Shown one piece after another: positions 1 through 20,411 of a DNA stretch of 64,000 bases. This DNA is from the human T2T-CHM13v2.0 reference genome, Homo sapiens. The notes under the pieces were generated by a model that had not been told where the DNA came from, searched no databases, and saw nothing but the letters and a program-made list of their open reading frames with translations. How positions within the stretch are numbered: the stretch's first letter is position 1; each line of letters opens with the position of its first letter. Position numbers and translations under genes: made by a program. The DNA lies in NCBI RefSeq assembly GCF_009914755.1, contig NC_060932.1; one strand, given 5' to 3'.

Positions 1-38
1 ATATCTATATCTATATCTATATCTATATCTATATCTAT
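1..38. repeat. (ATATCT)n microsatellite, probably derived from the adjacent Alu tail
   Basis: About 6 perfect ATATCT units run directly into TTTTGAGACAGG. Confidence 0.9.
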
Positions 39-237
<199 letters not shown>

Positions 238-1039
238 ATATTTTCTAATTTAATGAGGAGCTCAACCTTTTACCTGCTTTCTACCGCATTCCTTTCTCCA
301 CATTCTAAGAGCAGAAATTCTAACACGGGTTAAGGACAAGATGAAATACTGGAAACTGGAATGAGATCATGGCTCAAACAAAGGTGCAGAACTAGTGGGA
401 AGAAAGAGAGGTTAAAAGTCATTTTCCATATGGATCCTTTGTTGGATCTCTTTGCATCCTCTTCCAGACTGATTTTTTTTCTTTCCTTTGGGTCATATGC
501 TACTGTGGACACATCATGGCATGATGTATATATATACAACAATATCTCTTCAAAGAAAAATGGGCTTTGATATTTTTCTATATTATCTGAATTAGTTTTT
601 TACAAAACCCTTTTTGGAATGGGGTTTATTCCACATTTCAATTAAGTTATCATAATTTGTATTCAATAATCCAAAATAAGTTGTATTATAGCTGTTGTTT
701 TGCAGATCTTGTTGATACCCACCCCTGCAACACAACAGGAAAAAAGTTAATTGAAAGATGGGGATTTAGTGTAGCAGGCACCAGTAGGAACAACGGTTGG
801 AGATTTCTCTTCAATGTTAAAATAGCTGATCAATGGAAGGACCAGACATTTAACATGGAATATAGGAGCTGAAAAAGACTTTAGACATTATCTAGTTCAG
901 CATCTTTACTTTATAAAGTATTATCTGCAAATAGTAGGTAATTTTCCCTAAACCTGGATCAGATAATTGCCTTCTGCAAACAATTTCATGTCTAATGCTG
1001 GAGTTCATTGAATGGAATGGATGGGCTGGTTTAGGATTA

Positions 1040-1230
1040 ATATTTCATCTGCTAAGTTAGCAAGTTCTTTATCCGAGGAAACTCAGTTTCTTCATTTCTA
1101 AAATAGGGACAAAAACAATTCTTACTTTGTAGATTTGACCTTAAGATTATTTAAGAAAAGATGTGTAAAGAATTAGAAAGTGTAGTACATGGTAAAACTC
1201 AATATGGGTTGATTGTAATTACTAATTGTA
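1040..1230. mobile_element. MIR fragment
   Basis: MIR core-like CTCAGTTTCTTCATTTCTAAAATAGGGAC...GATGTGTAAAG. Confidence 0.6.
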
Positions 1231-1548
1231 TTAGATTGTTTATCCTAATTATTGTACTTTGAAATAATTGTTTTTAATTTAATTTAGGTTTAGTTTACAT
1301 ATTAATATTACATAAATAATAATGTAATGTTTATAAATGCCACTATTATTGCAGTTTAATTAACAGAATTCTCTAGAGCTTACACTGGCAGAAGATCTAA
1401 GGTAGATATGCACAATGGTAAAGAGATGGAGAATTATTTTCATTCTGTTTATTTCAAAGAAAAAACTTCTTTGATTTTAATAAAAATCAAATCATTGTCA
1501 AACTGCACTGGTCATTACAAGCTATGATCTTTGCAGTGAACTTTTCTT

Positions 1549-4127
<2,579 letters not shown>

Positions 4128-5557
4128 GCAGTGAATTTTTCTTAAATTGCTTTATTTTAATGAAGCTTTTTCAGCTCTTCAATGTACTTTCAAGTTTTGG
4201 AGTGTTGTTTTAAACAATTTGGTAATATGCTATTTATATTTAAGCCATTTTTCAAATTCAAAACAAAACAAGAAAATCATTGTTTTCCAAATCTTTACTT
4301 TTTCCATTTCTGTATTAAACACCGGATAATACTAGTACTCTAAATGTAATTTAATATACATTATTCAGTAGCTTGTTTATGAGGATCTACATTTTTACAT
4401 TTAAAGTACATTTACTTGGCTTTTAAATCATTTTTATGTAGAAATAGTTATTTTGCTCCTAACACTGTCTTAAAATTGACCCTGTGAAAAATACACTTTC
4501 TGAAATATCTAATCTGTTTCTATATTTTAGATAATTTCAATTTTAAAAATTTGGACAAAGTTTTCATAGTATGTTAATGAGCCTAAATATCATTTTCAAT
4601 TCAATTTCTCTCATTCATTCTGCCGCACACAGATTATAAACCTCTCTTTCTTTCTACCATGCTGTTTTCTGCTATTTCCACCTCTTTAGAGATTATGATA
4701 CTGAGTACAATGAAACAAATTATGTTACTAGTATGTTAAATACTTCATTACACCTTAACTTTTATATCAATTGACATTTTGGTGAATTTCATAAGATATA
4801 TTTCCTTAGAAATTATATTTTACTGATGTCCAAAGTAATTCAGATTTAATTGTTTCTGTTAATTCAATAAAGATTCATTTTCTTGGCACATAGTTTTCTC
4901 TATATAGTGTTTATAAGAATTAAAAAATTCCTACTAAAAGGAGTCTTCAAATGAATACTTTTGGTAAATGAAGAAACATTTTTTAGTCACTAAATTTTAC
5001 AATAAAAAACAGGTTAAAACTAAAATATGGTCTACATTAAAACTAAACCTTAGTTTAGTTTTCTAAATTCAGGCAGGTTTTACAAGGATAGGCTTAAGGG
5101 ATTCATTAATACTTAAGGGTTGAACAGCATTCTCAATGCTTCACTTTGGTTCAAGTCACTATTTCAAAACTAACCTTCTGTGGCCTAAGAGGCCAAGGAC
5201 CATGTGAATATGAGTGGAGTTGCAGTTCACTGAATAGGGGTGGTGATGTTTCCAAAGAAGGGGTCAGTGTTAAACAAAACTAAATTGGGATCTGTTGCAG
5301 TTCATCGCTTTACTTCCCAGCCAGCACATGCATTCATACCATCCCCACCACACACATACATACAAACTATCCATAACATATACAAAAAATTATTGCCTGA
5401 CATGATACAATGTGCATCATTTCCCCGAAAAGAGACAATTCAAATTCAGTTCAGACTTGAATATCCACAGGCCAATGATCTGATAGCTCACACATTCTGA
5501 CATTTATTTTGCTTTATTTTGTTTTGTTGTTGGCTGTTAAATCTTGAGCCCTGTTTG

Positions 5558-6626
5558 TGTCATAGCTCTTTCAGTCCCACCATTTGGTCCTGAGTTCTTG
5601 TCCCATGTCCAGGAAGAATGAAGTATGCAGACAATTGGAGGGTGAGCAAGATGCACAGGAGCTTCACTGAGCAACAGAACAGCTCTCTAGAGACCCAAAG
5701 TGGGTAGCTCCTTTCCACAGGCAGTTCATCCCAATGAGTGTCCAGCTCTCAGCAGAGAAGAGACCTTCAGTGGGTAGCTCCTTCTGCAGGCAGGTCATCC
5801 TGACAAGTCGAAGAGAATGGAAGTGGATTACTGCTTCCTACAGTTGGTAGTCCTACTATCCAAGTCTGGCTGATTTGGGGGATTTTATGGGCTTAGAAGG
5901 GAGGAAATGCATGCTGATTGGTTCACGGGCAGCCACGGGCAGGCACAGAAAAAGCACCATAACTTCCCAGTGGGTCACACCCAGAACTGGCAGCCCAGTC
6001 CCCAGGCTGCAGGCCCTCCCTGGCTTGAAGGTAAGGCTTCACCAGGGACCAGCCCCTTTCTACCTAGGAGCCTGTTTACCTCCTGCCACCAACAACATAT
6101 GATCCATGGCACCCAGGCTGTTCCTGCCAAAGGGCACCTGCAGGCCCGCACAAAGCCACCCTCAGCCCCACCTTGGTCTCCCTCCTTGTCAGTGCCAAAG
6201 TCTGAAGGGGGCCGAGGCAGCAGAGAGCTGGTGTGTCACTGCAGCCCCAAATGCAAATGCACTCATACCTGGCTGGATCATGACAGAGCCTGGAACTAAC
6301 TACAACTTTGCTCTAAAATTGGAGCAGGCACCAGGAGTGGAGAGAGGCCAAGGAGCAACAGCAGGCACTTCTGAGCCTTCAGGGGGCAGAGGGGGCTTCC
6401 CAGATACCTGAGAGTGCCGGGATGCTTGGGTCATGAGCCAGGGCTAGGCGGCTGCAGCTGCACTTGGGAGCACGGGGCTCCCACCCCGTTAACTCGGTAG
6501 GGGGCTGGGCTCCTGACTGTTCCTGGCACCTACCGGCTCTGTGGAAGGCACAGCCCCAGCCATGCCTCCCCATCTGCAGCTGGCATCCCTCCAGTGGCTG
6601 TTCCAGACAGGCCACCTCCGCTATCA
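5558..6626 (-). mobile_element. ERV1 solo LTR, MER52 family
   Basis: GC-rich ~1.07-kb block bounded by TG...CA. Contains TCTTGTCCCATGTCCAGGAAGAATGAAG...GGAGGGTGAGCAAG, recalled as antisense MER52. Confidence 0.75.
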
Positions 6627-9094
6627 ATAACACCATAACAATGCCTATTTTCATACCACAAGTAATTATTTAACTTCATTTTTTTTAACCACTTCTTGAG
6701 TTCTATTTTGGCATGTGAGGCTATCTAGAGTGCATGAGAAAAGTTAACTCCCTTTAACTAAAATGAATATAGCACTTGATCCATGTATGAATTCCATCTG
6801 TAATCAAAACTGCAAAGAAAATTAGCGTACAGATAATCATTTGAATAATCTAGAATTACATTTTTATATTCAATGTCTAGATAATGGGTAAAAAAATTTT
6901 GAACTTCAACTACATCAAAAACTAATTCCTTATTTGGAGTTTTTTAATATGACCTTTGCATTTGAGACACATTATATTTTTATTCTTCTTTTGAATGTCA
7001 TCTTTTATAATCTTTTTGTCTTTTGTGCTTTGAAATTTTAAAATGAGTATATAAAAATAAGTCTATTTGTTATGAGGAACTTCAGATTTTTAAATGAATT
7101 TACTTTTTCTTTTCTTAGACTTTCTGCAATCATTTTTAGTCCCTACTCTGACATTTTTTTGAAGTTTTCTCTTTTTCAAGTATCTCATACTTCCCCTGAT
7201 GAGGCAGAAGAGTACTCAAAGAAAATTACCCATAAAGGAGCTTTAACAAAAAGAGAAAGAAACCAAAACACAAGGAGAAAATAAGGCTTACATCAAGACT
7301 CAATCTCTATGAATCGGTCAGCAAAGATGAGAAATCCAAAAGAATATGAATATTTGTTTTTTTGACATATTTTAAAATCTCATTTCAAGTACTCATTAGT
7401 ACCAAATGATGAAAGGGAAATGACTTTGAAATATATTCCTTTCAACAAAAAGAAAGGTGGGGAAGATAGGTTTCTTTGAGGACAAGATGATTCCATTTTG
7501 CAGGGATGTAATTAACTTTCATTTCAGCTTCTGGGTCTGACACCAGCTTCCCTCCACTGACACTAAATAGTGATAGTGATAGCAGCAGGCAATACTGAAA
7601 ATATATCTGCTTCAGAATGCTCTTTTCTTTAAATAAATGGCACAAAGGGGCAATGGAATCTGGTGAGTGTTCGAATCACCTCTGCACCTCTCAGAGGACC
7701 ATTTTGTTACAGTGGCAGGACTACTGCTAATGCATCAAAGCTCTCAGGAAATATGTCTTCATATTGACTAAGCATGCAAAATTGCGAGGGTAGTTAATGA
7801 GACAAACTCACATGATTAGGTGTAAGGCATCATTTTTTCCTCTAGCTCTTTACTTAGTAAAAACAGTCAAGACCGTTGTTTGAGTAATGAACAAAATCTC
7901 TCCTTAGCAGCGTATAGTTTTCATTTATTTTTTCTCAGTAGAAATCAGATGGTGTCCTACTTTTAATAATACGGGTTTTTTTCTTCTTCTGCTTTCTTTT
8001 TAGTCCGGCCAGACTGGAAAATGTTGGTTCACTATTGAGATTTATAAGAAACTAATTGTCTTTTCTCCTGCATTAACATACCAAGAATGACAATATAACT
8101 GTAATAGGATTCCAAATATTATTACCCCAGTAAATTGGGTTATGCCTTATATAAATACTTCAATTTGTCATGATAAAAATTCCTGAATCTAAACTAAATA
8201 AGAAAACATTACTAGTACTATTAATGACCCCTACATTTACAGTTTTATATTTTTATTTATCCCTTTTGTTTTTTGTTTTGACTGTGTTTCAGTGTTCTTT
8301 TAGGGAGCAGATTTCTATCAATAAAGCACTGATGATATTTGCTTTAGTTGTATGGTTCTCTAATGGGCTGTTATCCATTTATTGCTTTTAGTGAGAAACC
8401 ATAAAAGGTGGATAAATTGCAATAACATAAACTTGAAATATCTAAGTATCCCATAAAATTACAAACATAAACACACTGATTATGAAAAATGTAAGCTATC
8501 ACATGAAGCATAATCTATTATATTTCTGAGGTCATTCAATCATTTTGCATTATATCAGACATCAAGATTTTTATTAATGGAAAAGTTCTTAAAATTGATA
8601 ACTTTCTACTTGTTTCATAAAAATTTTAGAAAACAAACGCATTTAATTTTAATAATGAAACACCTTTATTCAGCTAATATAATATCAATCTTCTACAAGA
8701 TTATAGGGTGAAGCCACTATTGATGTTTTAGGTAGCATTAAAAGGAGTAATAAAAGTAATTGAGAAGAGATGGAATTTCAAGATTTAGATTGGGCCAAAG
8801 TGAATCAAGACAAATGCTAATGTTTAACCATATTTTGAACAGCCTGCAAGATGACAAAATATCACAGAATCTGTAACTGCAATAGAAGATCTATAACTTT
8901 CAGATAGAAGTTACTATTATTTACAATTAAGTTTTCCAAAGCCTATTTCTTGTAGGATGTAGATGCAGGAATAAATAAAATAAATCTAAGTAAATAGATG
9001 AATTAGAACACCTTTTTAAATACATTTAAGAAGTATTATTTTTATCAACATCACAATTTGCCTATCAATGATTTCCAATTTCAACTCCTTCTCA

Positions 9095-9637
9095 TCACGC
9101 AGGCCAGGTTTCATGGGAATTGGCAGATTCCAAATCCAGAGGACAGATCTAATCCATCTAGGCCATTCATGGAAATTCCGTTTCCTCACATGTGTCTGGT
9201 TTAGGGTTGAACATGAACTCCAACTGTGGTCAGTGAGATGAGATGAGAATTCTCCTTGGAGTCTTTGAAGACATGTTTCTTTTTTCTTTTCTTTTTCAAG
9301 AGACTAAAAGAAGTCAAACTCTCTTTCTCCTTTGGAGGTTGCTGTCCTGGGAAATGATACCTTGAACTACTGCAGCTATTTTGTAACTCTTAGAAGAATA
9401 AATATCCAGGGCAGATATTTGACCCTAAGGATGGAAGGGTAGACAGAGGGGAAGAAATTGGGGTTCTTGATGGGATCAATAAACTTCAGATAACACCAGG
9501 ACTAGAGCCTCCTTTACTTCTGACCTTTTTCTTCAGTGACGAAAATAATGATGATAATAGTGATGATGTTCTCATTTTTCCAAGACAGTTTTAATTAGGT
9601 TTTCTGTTTTTCAATGCCAAAATATTCCTAAAAGACA
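9095..9637 (+). mobile_element. Old MaLR LTR (MLT1K/L-like)
   Basis: MLT1-type end GTTTTAATTAGGTTTTCTGTTTTTCAATGCCAAAATATTCCTAAAAGACA. Internal ACTGCAGCTATTTTGTAAC. Confidence 0.55.
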
Positions 9638-10287
9638 ATCTTCTATATGCACCAACGAACTTTTCATTAACATGAAACCAAATTAAACATGCTAAGAGCT
9701 CACAAAGTAAAAGGAAAATAAAAGATACTCAAACATTCACTCATGATTGTTTGGTGACACTACAAATAACCCAACATTCAAACACACTCCCATTTCATAC
9801 ACACAACCCTGAAAGGAAATAGGTCTAAGTTTAGAATCTTCCCCAAAGCATTTAGTAATGCCAAATAATCAGTTACTTGGATGGCTTTGACATAGCAGCA
9901 TTTGTATTAATGTTTTGGTATTATGTAGACAAAGCAATCAGCTGATTGATTTCACTTTTTCGCCACGTGTTTTGGCATAATTAGGAATGATCTATGATAA
10001 TTATGAAGTTGGTTTTGGGACCAGAATTTCAGTCTCATTACCCAATAGAAGACATTGATTGGGCTTATGTACTATATCTCATGTACTCTGTTAAGTGCTA
10101 AAATAAGAGAAGTGATTAAAACACAGCCCCAACCCTAACATCCCAATGCACAATTAAAAGTGTCAACACCAGGAAATTCTCAAGTCTTTCTCCAAGGTAT
10201 GAAAAAAAGGAAATGAAGTAAATATCATGCATCTACTTCAAATATAACCTGTGTTTATAGAACAACAATCAAAGTGGAAGAAGATTG

Positions 10288-10540
10288 TTTAATACAAGCA
10301 AATTATTGAATTAGATTTTCATGGCTATTATATTAAAAAGACCTATGAAGCAAAATTATATAATTGGCTATGAAGTACATTTAGAATGCAAAATTATTTG
10401 AGGATGTAGTAGAAACCAGCCAACAGTGTTCTACTGTGAATGATCTGGTTCATAGCAAATTATATAATTTTGCTTCATAGATCTTTTAAATCTAATATAA
10501 TAGCCATGAAAATCTAATTCAATAATTTGCTTGTATTAAA
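10288..10540. repeat. Long inverted repeat (arms 10288-10374 and 10449-10540, 74-bp spacer)
   Basis: Outer 48 bp are perfectly complementary. The rest has 2 mismatches and a 5-bp indel. Confidence 0.95.
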
Positions 10541-11459
10541 AAGCCCACTGTCAAAAAAGCTTATATTTTAACATTATCCTATAACATATGAGGATCCATT
10601 CTGGCTCACAGGCTTTTAGTTAAAAAAAAAAAAGCATGAAATGCGTTTTCAAATGATGTGTCCATAGTGTGTTGGAGTTAGAAGTGTTAGGCTATTTATT
10701 GTTGTGCTGTGCTGGAATTTGAAAGGGACAGCTGATAGAGATGTAATTAAATCTTGCCTGTTAAGTAATCTTATGAATTATTAAAATCCAGATCCTATTA
10801 TTCCTTCTTATATTGTTCTTTTAAACTTCTTGTTGCCACATGTGCCACCCCCCTCAAATGTTAAGCAATTACCCTTTATAGGGTCAAAGAAGCACCTAAA
10901 GGGTCCATCTGGAAAGCTGAGATAAGGCCCCATGGTTCAGCTTAAACAGTTGTTGAACTGAGACATTAAGATCGGGTTGGGGAAGAAGCTATTACTTTGG
11001 GGCTTTCTGAATAGCTAAAAGAGATTTATTCTAGTACACTCTACATCAATTCTTGGACGCCTTTCTGTATTTTTATAAAGCTGAAGCTTTTATAAAGCTT
11101 CATTTTCATCTAACTTCAAAGTGTTTATTTGTCTTGATATGAAATGCTGGATTGAAAATTGAATACAATTTTGCAGAAGGAAATATATATATATATAAAA
11201 ATAAATACATACACACAGCTATCTATCATCTATCTACCATTTATCTATACTTCTTGAAAAATGGCTTAACAGCCTGTGAATTTCATTAAAATAAGATGAG
11301 TAGAAATGATTTTTTTAATGCAAGCAGTCTCATACTTGAGGATTATTCTGAAGTAAAGTTTATTTTATATATTTATTTGTTCTGAGTTTTCTGGGAAAAT
11401 CTCTGTATCTCCGGAGGAGAGAAAGATTTGTTTAATCAATGCTGATTTTAAAAATAATC

Positions 11460-11930
11460 ATACAAATATTCCATGTTTTTACTCATATGTAGTAGCTAAA
11501 ATATTTGAACAGGCCTAGTGCAGTGGTGCATACCTGTAGTTCCAGATACTCAGGAGGCTGAGGTGGGAGGATTGCTTGCGCCCAGGAGTTTGAGGATACA
11601 GTGAGCTATGATTGTGTCACTGCACTTAAACTGGGGTGAAGGCACGACACCATGTCTCAAAACAATTATTTTCCTTTGAACACATGGAGATAGAGAGTGG
11701 AAAAATAGAAAACAGAGATTGGGAAGAGTAAGTGGAGGAGAGATGGGGGAATGAACAGAAGTGGGTTAAAGGGTACACACATACAGTAAAATAGAAGAAA
11801 TAAATTCAATTTGATAGCAGAGTGGGATGACCATACCTTAACAAATGTATTATACTTGAGTGATGGACAACCTGAATATCCTGACTTGATCATTACACAT
11901 TATGTACATGTAAAAAAATTCTTATGTAAT
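11460..11930 (+). mobile_element. L1MA-type ORF2 end and 3'UTR fragment, interrupted by an Alu monomer
   Basis: ACAAATATTCCATGTTTTTACTCATATGT (ORF2 end) and CCTGACTTGATCATTACACATT (L1MA 3'UTR). Confidence 0.8.
11511..11664 (+). mobile_element. Free Alu monomer (FAM/FRAM-like)
   Basis: Single arm GTGGTGCATACCTGTAGTTCCAG...GAGGCTGAGGTGGGAGGATTGCTTG...GTCTCAAAA. TTTGAACA occurs near both ends. Confidence 0.85.
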
Positions 11931-11939
11931 TCAGACATT

Positions 11940-13858
11940 TGCACAAACGGGCACTTAGTGTTATTCCATATCTTTGTAATTATGAAGCGTGCTGCAATAA
12001 ACATAGGCATAAAGGTGTGTTTTTGATATGATAATTTTTTTTCCTTTGGGTTGATACCAGTAGGACTGCTGGACCAAATAGTAGATCTACTTTTAGTTCT
12101 TTGAGAAATCTCTATACTGTTTTCCACAGAGGTTGTACTAATTTACATTCCCACCAGCAGTGTATAAACATTCCCTTTTCACCACATCCGTGCCAACATC
12201 TATTGGTTTTGACTTTCTAAAAATGGCCATTCTGGGCTGGGCATAGTGGCTCACAGCTGTAATCCCAGCACTTTGGGTGGCCGAGGCAGGCAGATCACCT
12301 GAGGTCAGGAGTTTGAGACCAGCCTGGCCAACATGGTGAAACCCCCATCTCTACTAAAAATACAGAAATTAGCTTGGTGTGGTGACACTCACCTATAATC
12401 CCAGCTACTAGGGAGGCTGAGGCTGGAGGATTGCTTGAACCCAGGAGGCAGAGGTTGCACTGAGCAAAGATTGTGCCACTTCACTCCAGTCTGGGCAACA
12501 GTGTGAGAATCTATCTCAAAAAAAAAAAAAAAAAAAAAGCCATTCTGACTTGGGTAAGGTGGTATCTCATTATGGTTTTTATTTGCATTTCTCTAATGAT
12601 GAGTGATGTCGAGCATTTTTTTCATGTATTTGCTGACCTATATGTCTATTCATGTCATTTGCTCACCTTTTAGCGAAACTGTTTTTTTCTTGCTGATTTG
12701 TTTGAGATCCTTGTAGAGTTTGGATATTAGTCCTTTGTCAGATGCATAGTTTGTAATCATTCTCTTATTCTGTAGCTTGTCTGTATGCTCTCATGATTAT
12801 TTCTTTTGCTGTCCAGAAGGATTTGGTTTAATTAGGTCTTATTTATTTATATTTGTTTTTGTTGCATTTGCTTTGGGGATCTTTATCATAAATACTTTAC
12901 TTAGGCCAATGCCCAGAAGAATTTTTTCCTAATTATCTCCTACAATTCTTATGGTTTAAGGTTTTAGACTTAAGTCTTTATTGCATTTTGAGTTAATTTT
13001 TGTGTATGGTGAGAGATACATATCCAGTTTCATTTTTCTGCATGTGGCTATCCAATTTTCCCAACACCATTTATTGAATAGGGTGTCCCTTTCCCAATTT
13101 ATGTTTCTGTTTGCTTTGTCAAAGATCAGTTGGTTGTAAGTATTTGGCTTTATTTCTGGGTGCTCTATTCTGTTTCACTGGTCTATGTGTCTACTTTTAT
13201 GCCAGTAACATGCTGTTTTGTTTACTGTAGTCTCATAGTATAAGCAAAATTGGGTAAGGTAATGCCTCCAAGTTTGTTCTTTTTGCTTAGGATTGCTTTG
13301 GTTATTCAGGCTCTTTTTTGGTTCCATATTAATTTTAGGAATGTTTTTGCTAATTCCATGGAGAATAACATTGGTATTTTCATAGGAATTGCATTTAATC
13401 TGTAGATTGCTTTGGGCTATATGGTCATTTTCACAATATTGATTCTCCCAATCCTTGAACATAGGATGTATTTCCATTTGTTTGTGTCATCTACAATTTC
13501 TTTCAGGAGTGTTTTGTAGTTTTCCTTGTAAAGATCTTTCACCTCCTTGGTTAAGTATATTTCTAAGTACTTTATTTTTTTTTGTAGCTATTTAAAAAAG
13601 ATATTGAGTTCTTGATTGATTGGATTCTTAGATGGGTCATTGTTGGTGCATAGCAGTGCTACTGATTTCTGTACCTTAATTTTGTAACCTAAGACTACTA
13701 AATTCATGAATCAAATCTAGGAGCCTATTGGAAGAGGCTTCGGGGTTTTCTAGGTATAAAATTAATCAAAGACAAACAGAGATAGTTTCACTTCCTCTTT
13801 TCCAATTTAGATGCTCTGGATTTCTTTGTCTTGCCTGATTGCTCTGGCTAGGATTTCC
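11940..13858 (-). mobile_element. L1PB/L1MA ORF2 fragment, interrupted by an AluS
   Basis: Degenerate ORF2 peptides on the minus strand (MFIAARFIITKIWN, KTACYWHKSRHIDQ). Confidence 0.9.
12235..12538 (+). mobile_element. AluSx-like
   Basis: Full dimer with GATCACCTGAGGTCAGGAG and poly(A). TSD GCCATTCTG on both sides. Confidence 0.95.
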
Positions 13859-13911
13859 TGATATTATTATTTTTTCAGATGAGAAATCTGGAGTCTAGAT
13901 AGTTTTAAGTA

Positions 13912-14215
<304 letters not shown>

Positions 14216-14859
14216 TTAAGTAGTTTTTACATTACACAGCTAGTAAGTTTTGGAATTATAACTCCAGGCCTACCATTAAAGAATGTTGTGTGTTTGCTGG
14301 AATACTTGAGAATTTTGTTTTCTGAGTATATGTGAGGTCGATGATAAAAGGCAAACATGTGATCATGTGATAATTACTAATAAAGCCATAGACATTTGAT
14401 AACAAAGTATTTGTGATTATAATTATTGTTTACTTACTTTTTTCAGCATTTTAATTTTTTAAATTTTGCTGCCACAATTTCAAAACTAAGGTGGTGTGTC
14501 TTAGTTCTACTACCTTATATCAGGACCTAGAAGATCCATGCTTACTTATTTTAAATTCCTGTATGTAACCAGTCCTCATTAACATAGTATTCTCCTCACT
14601 TGTCATTCAAGTAAAAAGTCAAGCAACCTTGGTCAGGGAAAGCAAACACTTGCTAAGTTCAACTGTCTTTATGTAGTTGAAATCATGCTGGAATAGGTCA
14701 AGTTTGAATTTGACATTCTCGATGTCGTATTCACTATCCAAACTGCCTCTTTTTCACCCTCATATCCCATCTTTTTTGAGAGGAAACAGAAGATTTGTGT
14801 CTCAAAGACTGATGAAAGTTAGTATAATGGCCACAAAATTAGGTCTTTAAGACACATAC

Positions 14860-14940
14860 AGAAAGAAAGGAAGGAACAAAGTGAGGAAGAACAAAAGAAG
14901 AAAGGAAAGAAAAGAGGAAAGAAGAAGGAAGGGAGAGGAG
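14860..14940. repeat. GA-rich low-complexity tract
   Basis: Near-pure purine run GAAAGAAAGGAAGGAAC...GAAGGGAGAGGAG. Confidence 0.7.
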
Positions 14941-16544
14941 ACTTCATGCAGTATTATTTTGAATGAGTTTTCTAATAGTAAATAAGGTTTGCCTTTTGAA
15001 TGAACAGACTCAGATTTTGTGGGGTCTGAAAGTCATAAAATGTGGGCCATTTAAAAGAGAGCATGTACAGATTAAAGAATAGCATTCCCACTGCGCTTTA
15101 GCACAACTTGGCATGAGAAATTACTAATACAAAATGGCCTGTCACTAGGAGTTGGGCACTTCTGAGTAAAGCACCCTGACACTTAAGTTCCTAAAGCTTC
15201 AGCTGAGTCTGTCTCTGACTGAGGGTTAAATCCCGCCTTGAGTTTATTTAATCTCTTCTTCAAGCAAAGGAGAGAAGAAATTGAGGCCTGGAAAAGTCAT
15301 ATAATTCTCCCAAATTTATACAGTTATGAAGGGATGGAGCTAAGTTGCCAACTTGTGTCCCTTAGACTCTAGCACCAAGGTGTTCAGCTCCTCTAGGTTC
15401 TGTCTGAAGATTTCATTACTGTTTACAAAGGAATGTTACACACTCAGCAAGGAAAGAAAAATTACACCTGGTTAACACTGGAACTTTTAACAAATATTAA
15501 AAAAAATGATGGACCAGAAATGGTCCAGATGATAATAGGATAATATGATGAATGAAGAAACTTTCTTGTTGAGGAGAAACTAAAATCTCAGTATTTACAA
15601 TTACATTCATCATTCAATGTGAAAAGATAAGAAGAACTCATAAATAGCTTGAGCTTTTAAATGAAAATATTTGGTAAATAGGTAACTATTCACACAACTG
15701 TAGATAAGTAGAACAAAGGGGAAAGTCTTGATGCCTTGAAGAGTTGAGTCCAGAACAAGGAAAATAAGTACCCCTTTACTCTTTGAAGTAGTGGGAGGTA
15801 AAATAATGCAATATGTTATCCTTAGAAAGGGGTTTTTTAAATGTTTTCATTGGAGGTTTAGGAATTTCGAGACATTCCTGGACACTGCCTCTCCACCTTA
15901 GACACATCTCCACCTATATCATATATTCTAGATAAAAAATTTTAAAAGGAAATATAGAAGTAAAAGCAGATTATGTTTATAGAGCAGCCCCAGGAATTGT
16001 GTCCTACAGGTACAAGTAAGGAAAAATAATAACATTCTGGTGCTAGGGATTTATTGATACATGTGGAACTAACTAAAATCAAATCAACAAAGGTTTTTCT
16101 TACACAAATAAATCCCCTGCCTGGGTACATATGTAATGGACTCATGGTGCTCTTAGAAAATCTATCTTCAAATCAATCAGAATAAACGATAGTTCATGAG
16201 TCAGAAATTCTATGATGAGACACATGTTTTGAATTTAGAATTTAGACGATTGGAAAAAATTTAGAAATTGTTATTATTTTTCTAATATCTTATCAAGTTT
16301 GAAAGACATGTTCCAACACTCAGTGTTTTGGATCAACTGCAATAATTCAAATGAATGTCATTATTTCATTCTTTCAAACAAATCTGGAAGTTATATTTTG
16401 TGAGTAACGAATAAGACAATTTTTGTTTGTTCTTCAGTTTGTTCTGACCTAACATTAGAGAAAGAGACATTCAGTTGTCACTGGTCATAATAAAAACAGA
16501 AATGCTAGTACAGAGGATGGAGTGTAATGCAAGCTCAAAAACTG

Positions 16545-20411
<3,867 letters not shown>

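Noticed and set aside
330-570. Overlapping 70-aa and 69-aa ORFs
   Set aside because: No recognisable protein similarity or splice context. This length is expected by chance.
5039-5062. Short hairpins (AAAACTAAAC-CTTA-GTTTAGTTTT; similar ones at 11082-11102 and about 45746-45763)
   Set aside because: Arms of 8-10 bp in AT-rich DNA are expected by chance.
5875-6673. Cluster of 70-130-aa ORFs on both strands
   Set aside because: All lie in the GC-rich MER52-like LTR, where stop codons are scarce.
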